64,000 bases of DNA, from positions 8,732,213 to 8,796,212 of the forward strand of contig OZ234493.1 in assembly GCA_965153455.1 (NCBI GenBank), read 5' to 3'. Positions 26,965 through 35,565 of the stretch are shown piece after piece. The translations under genes were made by a program, and so were the position numbers. This stretch comes from Sphagnum compactum. Lineage: Eukaryota. Position 1 is the first letter of the stretch. Each line of letters starts with the position of its first letter. The notes under the pieces were generated by a model. That model saw nothing but the letters and a program-made list of their open reading frames with translations, was not told the origin of the DNA and searched no databases.

Positions 26965-28580
26965 ATGTTTCAATTACTAATCAAGATTGTTGCCATTAGC
27001 ACTAAGAATTTTCTTTTAGAATCAATGTTGTATGGAGGAAATCATACCCCAAATTCTTTGAACATCATGTATTCAACACACATGAAGTCCAATATGGCAC
27101 AAAGGTTATTATTGTTTCCAAATAATAAGCACAAAAAGTGTGAAATGCAAACACACAAGGATAATGATAATATTAGTGTTAGATGCAAGTATTGTAACTA
27201 GGCCCCAAAATCCCAGTTGGTAAAAGTAAGTACAAATGCAAGTATTGCAATCATGCCCCAAAATTCCAGTTGGTAAAGGTAAGTATGGATGTAGGTATTA
27301 CAATGAAACCCCAACATTCCAGTTAGTATACGTAAGTATAAGTTCGGGTATTGCAAGTTTAAATGAAAAACAAGCCTAGATGCAATACCCACACGTTAAA
27401 AAAAAACCCATCTAAATGGTTTGGGTACCCTTAAGTGAAGACCTAGCCCTATACACAATATGCAGACGCAAAGTCACCTTCAAAAAACCCTACCCTAAAT
27501 GCAATACCTGCATTTTGGGTCACACGAAAAATACGCATGTGGGGTTTAAGCCTTCTTTAAATGAAGATCCTACCCTAAATGCAATACCTGCATTTGGGGT
27601 CACTCTAAAATAATTAGTTAACCCTTACTTTTTTTCATGAATTTGAAAGAGGTTCTATTATTTGTGGAACAAATAGTACAATGACAATTGTGATCAAGCT
27701 TATTTTGGTGTAAGAAATTTTCATGAAAAAGTTGAACTTGCAATTTATAACATGGAATAATTATCTTAAATAATGATTCCAATAACTTATTAAAACAAAA
27801 ATATACTAAATTTAGTCAATCAAATATCAAATTAATTAATCTGATTAAATCCAACTTTTTATTTTCAAGTAAATAAATTTAAGCCAAATGATTGGTTAAT
27901 TATTTTAAATAAATAAATGATTATCTAATTCTTCATAATTAATCATCTAAATTATCTAAAATAATGGTCTATTAATTATTTAATTATATGACAAATTTTA
28001 TTGATAATTCATTAATTATCATAAATATTTTATATTAAATTGGGGGGAAAATTTTAGGGTTTAGACATATGTGAAACAATACAATTGCATTCTATATCTT
28101 CCTGAAAGAGATTGGGAAAATTAGGTTGGAGTTATCACACAAAGGTAAAAAAAAACCTTATGTGAAAACCCAACCCTAAATGCAATACAAAGTTTGTGAA
28201 GATCAAAAAATAAAAAGTTCAAGCTTAAATATTTTTCAAAGATGTTCATATTTTTTTTCCCCTTTTAAAGTTGTATATTCATACTAAAAACGTAAATATA
28301 AAGTCTTTAATTTAATGAGATTTTAAATTGTGTTAAAAAAAAATCAAAACACATAATAGTGGTTTAAATATTGGTCCAAATATATTGTTATTTATAAAAC
28401 CTAATACATAAATAATGATATTATGGAATTATACTGTTGATCCATTTTCAATACATATAATATTTTAGGGGTTTAGGGTTTAGGGTTGGGTTTTCACAGG
28501 TTAAGGTTGGGTAAACCCTAAAACCCTAAACCCTACAAATATTAATAGTAAATAAAATAAATCTACAGTGCATTATAGAG

Positions 28581-29328
28581 GGTTTAGGTTTAAGGTTTAG
28601 GGTTTAGGTTTAAGTTTAGGGTTTAGATTTAGGGTTTAAGGTTAAGGTTTAGGTTTAAATTTAGGGTTTAGGTTTAAGTTTAGGGTTTAGATTTAGGGTT
28701 TAAGGTTAAGGTTTAGGTTTAAATTTAGGGTTTAGGTTTAAGTTTAGGGTTTAGATTTAAGGTTTAGGGTTTAGGTTTAAGTTTAGGGTTTAGGGTTAGA
28801 TTTAGGGTTTAGGGGTTTAGGGTATAAGTTAGGGTTTAGATTTAGGGTTTAAGGTTAAGGTTTAGGTTTAGGGTTTAGGGTTTAGGTTTAGATTTAGGGT
28901 TTACGGTTTAGGGGTTTAGGGTTTAAGTTAGGGTTTAGATTTAGGGTTTAAGGTTTAGGTTTAGGTTTAAGGTTTAGGGTTTAGGTTTAGATTTAGGGTT
29001 TAGGTTTAAGGTTTAGGGTTTAAGTTAGGGTTTAGATTTAGGGTTTAAGGTTAAGGTTTAAGTTTAAGTTTAGGGTTTAGGTTTAGATTTAGGTTTTAGG
29101 GTTTAGGCGTTTAGGGTTTAAGTTAGGGTTTAGATTTAGGGTTTAAGGTTAAGGTTTAGGTTTAAGTTTAGGGTTTAGGTTTAGATTTAGGGTTTAGGTT
29201 TAAGGTTTAGGGTTTAGGTTTAGATTTAGGGTTTAGGTTTAAGGTTTAGGGTTTAAGTTAGGGTTTAGATTTAGGGTTTAAGGTTTAGGGTTTAGGTTCA
29301 GGTTTAGGGTTTAGGGTTTAGGTTTAGG
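28581..29328 (+). repeat. Interstitial degenerate telomeric array (TTTAGGG with TTTAGG, TTAAGG and TTTAGA variants)
   Basis: About 750 bp of continuous plant telomere-like repeats with recurring variant blocks; a short inverted pre-array lies at 28465-28535. Confidence 0.95.
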
Positions 29329-30699
29329 ATACTGATAATGATGCTGCAAAAGCTGCTGTTGTGGCTACAAAGAAAAGTGATTGGTCTTAAGTGCGCACCT
29401 ACCGACTAAGTACGCACACTCCTCCTAGGTTCAAGTTGCATACTTAGGCGGGAGGCTATTGTACGCATGTGGGTTTAAGCATCTTTATACGAAAATCCTA
29501 CCCTAAATGCAATACCTGCACTTTGGGTCACACAAAAAATACGCATGTGGGGTTTAAGCCTTTTTTAAATGAAGATCTTACCCTAAATGCAATACCTGCA
29601 TTTAGGGTCACTCTAAAATAACTAGTTAATTTCAAAATCATATGCTAACAAAGGTGTGTATGGAGGTTGGGGTTGTTGATTGGGAATCCATGATTGAAAT
29701 TTAGAGTTTGGGAAACCCTAAATTAATTAACAGTTTTTTTACAAATTAATAGTAAATGAAATAAATCTATGGTGCATTATAGGGGGAATTTTATATGCAA
29801 AAAAATGCAATACATATTTGCAAGATCATACTGAAATAATACATAGGTGATTGGAGGAAAGCATATGTGAAAACCCTAAACCCTAAATGCAATACTCGCA
29901 TGTAATGTCATTTCAAAAATGGTCTGGGTACCAAAATTATGTCTTTTTATATACCTAAATTAAATATTATTCTAAATTAATTTTATGACAAAATGTAAGT
30001 TTTACAATGAATGAAAAAACCAGCAACTATTATGGGACCTATATGCGGGTATTGCAAGAGAACCCAAAAAAACCAGTCGCTATTTTGGAGACTATATGCG
30101 GGTATTGCAACGAATGAAGAATGTCAACGATTATTTGTGCCCTTTATGTGGGTATTGCAAGGAATGCAAAATGCCAGCGGCTATTATGGGACTCATATGA
30201 GGGTATTGCAATGAATGGAAAAGGCCATTGCCTATTAATGCAAAATGTCTGTGGCTATTTTTTGAGGTTATATGCAGGTATTGCATATTAGAAAATGGTC
30301 TTATGGAGTTCATAATAGAAAATGATGTGGGTATTATATGTTTAAAATGTGTGGATTATTTTAAAAGTCTTCAAGTGATGTGAGTCCTATTAACTTAGAT
30401 GTAAGTATTGTATAATGTTTATTTTGATCTTTGATTTGATTCTTACATCTCAAGTACAAACAAAATTATGACAAAGAAGACATATAGGATTAACCAAATA
30501 CACATCAAACAAGTGTGAGTAGCCGATACTATTATATTAATAAAAGATGTACAAAAATGGGTGCATGGAAAATTACTAGAGAACCCAATGAAGAAAAAAC
30601 ATTGGATCACTAGAACATATCAAAGGATCAAAGTTCAAAATTGGGTAGTCCAAAAAAGAAAAGGGCTACAAAACCTTACTAATTATATAAAATGAAACC

Positions 30700-32427
30700 C
30701 TAACCCATATCAGTATCTACAATCCCATGTTTAGCTCGATATGCAACTGCTGCATTTGCAGCCTTTGCTGCATGATGAGCAGTGTAAAGATGGCGGCGTT
30801 GCATCTCAATCTGAACTGCATTTGCAACAAACTGGGCCTTTGTTTGGTCCTGAACCCTACAAACACCCAAAAATCACCAAATTAAACCGTAACACACCTT
30901 GGATCAAATACAATAAAAAAATAATAAACATTGCTTAATATTTTTTTTTACCTTCCATGAATCATTCTAGATTCATGAAAATCCAAAACATTCGATAATT
31001 GTTTTGTCCGACTTGTTTTGCTGGACTCTCGCTCCCAATTCTTCACATCCCATGCCGTCTTTAATTGTCGTGCGTATGCACAACGAGTGGATCGGATCAT
31101 CCCCTGTAAGTCATCATCCTTCTCCATTCGTACAATTGCATCTCGCGCCACACTGCCCACACCCCAGGCATCAAGGCCCAACACCTTCAACAATTGCTCT
31201 GAAGCAAATCTAACCAAAGGTGGTTTTGGGAGTGGTGGACACTGTTTTGCAAGAGTCATCAAATGATTCCACTCGCGTTCTGCTTTGGCACGAGCACGAC
31301 TAGCAGCTTTCTGATCATTTCGCCTCTGCACAGCCATCGCATCTCCCAAAATGCGAGCGTTCATCTTGCCATGGTCTTGATGCCGAGGACCTCATGCAGC
31401 AATTGAAGGCCTCCCAGGTTTTGACTTTTCTGCCACCAAGCCGTGCACCTCCTTCAAATGCTGCGTCAATAGCCATTTCGCACAATATGCGACAGTGCAA
31501 TTGTGGACTTTGCACTTCCATTTGGACCCGACCTTTGTCCATTCCTTATCCTTCCGAGCCAGATTAGGTGGACAAATAACTGCAGGTGGTTGAGAAGCTT
31601 GCTCAGTTTCCAGTTCCGGACCTAAACCCAAAAACAGAAAGTTCAATAAACAAAATGCAGGTATTGCAAAACATCAAATCACAAAATTACATATTACTTC
31701 TATAAACATGAACTGTTCTAAGGTATTGCAGTAAATTTTTTTTGACAAAAACATTTCTGCACCATCCAACAAATGGAAGGTGCAGGTGCAATTAAATTTT
31801 GAGAAATTTGTACAATTTTATTAATTTGTAATTAATCTAATGTCCTATCTTCTAATGTCCACGAATTCTACAGTAATCTATACCAATGCTACCCTTTTGT
31901 TTCAATTGTGATAGAGCACAATTATGCTCACCAGTTTCCCGATCTAATGCAGCAATATTATCCTTAGCAACAATTTGCTGGGCACCTCCCGCATCTGATG
32001 TGGTGACAATTTCCTAGGCACCTCCCGCATCTGATGTGGTGACAATTTCCTAGGCACCTCCCGCATCTGATGTGGTGACAATTTGCTGGGCACCTCCCGC
32101 ATCTGATGTGGTGACAATTTCCTGGGCACCTCCCGCATCTGATGTGGTGACAATTTCCTGAGCACCTCCCGCATCTGATGTGGTGACAATTTCCTGGGCA
32201 CCTCCCGCATCTAATGTGGTGACAATTTCCTGGGCACCTCCCGCATTTGATGTGATGACAATTTCCTGGGCACCTCCCGCATCTGATGTGGTGACAATTT
32301 CCTGGGCACCTCCCGCATTTGATGTGATGACAATTTTTTGGGCACCTCCCGCATCTGATGTGGTGACAATTTCCTAGGCACCTCCCGCATCTCCTGCATC
32401 GCTTTTCTTTACTCTCCTCCTACCCAT
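30700..32427 (-). pseudogene. MULE accessory gene: 12-aa tandem repeat, C2H2 zinc finger and uncharacterised helical C-terminus (about 440 codons), four premature stops
   Basis: Exons 32427-31932, 31621-30952 and 30856-30700 join in frame via GT-AG (1323 nt): MGRRRVKKSDAG(DAGGAQEIVTTS)n..ALDRETG|PELETEQ..WKCKVHNCTVAYCAKWLLTQHLKEVH (C-x4-C-x12-H-x4-H)..MIHGR|VQDQTKAQ..GIVDTDMG*. Stops: TAG at 32374-6, 32050-2 and 32014-6; TGA at 31392-4. Confidence 0.8.
31976..32392. repeat. Coding minisatellite, 36-bp unit x about 11.5
   Basis: GGCACCTCCCGCATCTGATGTGGTGACAATTTCCTG recurs every 36 bp from 31981 to 32377. Confidence 0.97.
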
Positions 32428-32579
32428 TATAACCTCCAACCCTAAACCAGTAGTTATTACCAATTGTTAATTCTAATGAACAAAAGCACAAGCAACAACA
32501 AAACAAAAAAAATAAATCGCCACTAGCAGCAAGAAAAAAGAAAAAAAAAGCGTTGCAACTTTGAGCTTTAGAAAATTGC

Positions 32580-32890
32580 AGCTTTGAGCTCGGAGCTTTA
32601 AACGTTGCAGCTTTGAGCTTTGAGGGTTTAGGGTTTAAACCCTAAACCCTAAACCTGCAGCGCTGCAGCTCTGAGCTCCACGAGTTAGGAGCAGCGCAGC
32701 AGCTCCGAGCTCCACGAGCTTGGAGCAACTCCAAGCTCTGAGCTCCACGAGCTTGGAGCTCCAGCACAGCTCCGAGCTCCACGAGCTTGGAGCTCTAGCG
32801 CAGCTCCGAGCTCCACGAGCTTGGAACTGTGCTGCTCCGAGCTCCGAGCTCCACGAGCTGGGAGCTGCAACTCCGATCTCCCAGCTCCAC
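32580..32890. repeat. GC-rich GAGCTC-based satellite, block 1
   Basis: Repeated GCTCCGAGCTCCACGAGCTTGGAGCT modules. Confidence 0.9.
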
Positions 32891-33371
32891 GAAAATTCTT
32901 GGAAAAGCTGATTCCACAAAGCTTTCATAACAAAAGAAATCCAAAGAACAACGATGAGCAATTGCTTTTTCCTTACCTGGATACTGCAGGCAGATTCAGG
33001 GCAAACGAAGCTTGTGTCCAAGTCCTTACCAAAACTGCGCCCAAAATCTTTCCTGCAAAACAGAATTAGTTTTCAGGGAGCCTCCTCTTCAAAAGTCTAA
33101 TTCTCCCCCTCTCCCCCCCCTCCAACACCTCTCTGAGATTCAACAGAAATGCAATTCCACGAAATTCCATCACCAGACACTTGGAATGGAAAAAAAATCA
33201 CGAAGACCAAAATGCTATCAGTGCTGATGCTTTTCCAAGCCAACACGACGACAGCTTCATTCTTGCTACCGAAGCCTGTTCTACCGTCACTCGTAAAACT
33301 CCGCACACAACAGCAAAAAAATGAAAAAAGAGAACAGATTTCTCGCTTTTCACAAACGTTGTTCCTTCTCT

Positions 33372-33375
<4 letters not shown>

Positions 33376-33425
<50 letters not shown>
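33376..33425. repeat. (GA)n microsatellite
   Basis: About 25 uninterrupted GA units. Confidence 0.95.
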
Positions 33426-33427
<2 letters not shown>

Positions 33428-33809
33428 ACAAAGTTCTCCTTCCGGCGCCTACTATAATGTATCGATCTCCCTACACCTCCTAACACAAGTCCGAATTTTC
33501 CATCAGATATCAATCCGCAATGAAGAAGAACATCCCGGGCCTGATAAAAGTGGAAAACAAGAAAAAACAGAACTCGCTAGCCAATTGTCATCCCTAGTAC
33601 CTGCTGGTGTCTCGAAGCTGATAAAAGACAAAGCAGAGAGAATTGCCTTTCCAAAACTGCCAGCCAAGAAAACCAAAAGAAACTGAAAACCCTAAACCCA
33701 ACAAACGAGCCGTAAATTGGTCCACTTCTCTCTCAGTCAGATTCCCGCAAATTCTTGTCTCCAAAAATAAATTTATAATAGAAAATTTTCGTCGCGAAAG
33801 CTCCAAACA

Positions 33810-34216
33810 CCAGCGCTCGAGCTCGGAGCTGCAGCTCCAAGCTCCGAGCTCCACGAGCTGGGAGCTGCGTTGCAACTCCGAGCTCCACGAGCTTGGAGCC
33901 AATTGTCATCCCTAGTACCTGCTGGTGTCTCGGAGCTGCAGCTCCCAGCTCCGAGCTGCAGCTCCAAGCTCCGAGCTCCACGAGCTGGGAGCTGCGCTGC
34001 AACTCCGAGCTCCACGAGCTTGGAGCTCCAGCGCAACTCCGAGCTCCACGAGCTGGGAGCGTGGAGCGTGGAGCTTGGAGCTCCAGCAGAGCTTGGAGCT
34101 GCAGCGTGGAGCTCCGAGCTCCACGAGCTTGGAACGTGGAGCTCGGAGCTGCTCCAATCTCGTGGAGCTCGGAGCTGCGCTGCTCCGAGCTCCAAGCTCC
34201 ACGAGCTTGGAGCTCC
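33810..34216. repeat. GC-rich GAGCTC-based satellite, block 2
   Basis: Same modules as block 1, in both orientations (CCACGAG and CTCGTGG). Confidence 0.9.
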
Positions 34217-35044
34217 TCTTCAAGCAAACATTGTTGGACAAAGATGGAAATTGACTGAAACCAAAGAGTGCAGAACATACATGAGGACACAGTACCGTCG
34301 ATAAGTTCGGCACCTAGGAGATGTTTATTGCTGAAGCTCGGTACCGCTGATATCTTCTTCTGGCAGGATAGAAGCGTTGAAGAGGAGGAAAGAAACCAGC
34401 AATATAATATTATTACATGAGATTCTTACGAGCACCGAAGTCTGCCGCGAGGGGGAAGGAAATCCGTAAGGGCGAATGCTCAACTACAACTGTCTTCCTT
34501 TCCTTTACGATCAAGTGGAAGTACGCAACAACAACAGCAACAGCAACGGCGCCATATATAATAAGCAATCCAGTAATGAACGAGAGGCCGCGTGCAGAGC
34601 GCCTATAAGCAATGTTCTCAAAAACTGTACAGCTGCAACAACACCAGCAGCTCCTCAAACACAGCGTTGCAGCAAAACCACGAAAATCTACTCACATGTA
34701 AGTGAGCAGGAAGATGTACAAACCAATCGGCAACTCTAGGAAAAGGAAGCCTTCACACCAAATTGCACGCACGCGCTGCTGCTGATCTCCGAGAACCATA
34801 AACCTGAAGACGAGATATCGGAGAAAACTTGCACAATAGTCACCAAAACTACCGAAAATACAGACACCGAGAAAGAGAAAAGACACAGAAAACCGCACCG
34901 AGAGAGACAGAGAGACAGAGACAGAGAGGGAAATATGCAGTGAAAAGCAGAGGGTGAAAGAAGCAAGCGACCAGAGAGGAGACCAGAACTCAAAACGATT
35001 TTTAAAAAAATTCTACGCGAAAAAAAAAGGAGTTACAAGTTCGG

Positions 35045-35565
35045 GCAGCTCCGAGCTCCACGAGCTTGGAGCGTGGAGCTCGGAGCTGCTCCAATCTCGT
35101 GGAGCTCGAAGCTGCGCTGCTCCGAGCTCCGAGCTCCACGAGCTTGGAGCTCCAGCGCAGCTCCGAGCTCCACGAGCTTGGAGCTTGGAGCTTGGAGCTC
35201 CCAACTCGTGGAGCTCGGAGCTGTAGAGCTTGGAGCTGCAGCTCCCAGCTCGTGGAGCTCGGAACTGTAGAGCTTGGAGCTGCAGCTCCCAGCTCGTGGA
35301 GCTCGGAGCTGCAGCTCCGATCTCCAAGCTCCACGAGCTTGAAGCTGCAGAGCTTGGAGCTACAGCTCCCAGCTCGTGGAGCTCGGAGCTGCAGCTCCGA
35401 TCTCCAAGCTCCACGAGATCGGAGCTGCGCTGCTCCGAGCTCTGAGCTCCACGAGCTTGGAGCTCCAGCGCAGCTCCGAGCTCCGAGCTCCACGAACTTG
35501 GAGCTCCAGCGCAGCTCCGAGCTCCAAGCTCCACGAGCTTGGAGCTGCAGCTCCGAGCTCCACGA
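35045..35565. repeat. GC-rich GAGCTC-based satellite, block 3
   Basis: Same modules in mixed orientation. Followed at 35640-35790 by GGTGCTCCCG repeats and at 35810-35880 by a purine-rich GGTAGGAGG subterminal tract. Confidence 0.9.

Noticed and set aside
28581-29328. True telomere or chromosome-fusion site
   Set aside because: The array is degenerate, internal and enclosed by the MULE TIRs and TSD.
31976-32392. 36-bp direct repeats resembling a CRISPR array
   Set aside because: The units are contiguous with no unique spacers, no cas genes are present, and the context is eukaryotic. It is a coding minisatellite.
31944-32399. ORFs reading (MREVPRKLSPHQ)n
   Set aside because: Only the DAGGAQEIVTTS frame has an upstream ATG and splices in phase with the zinc-finger exon.
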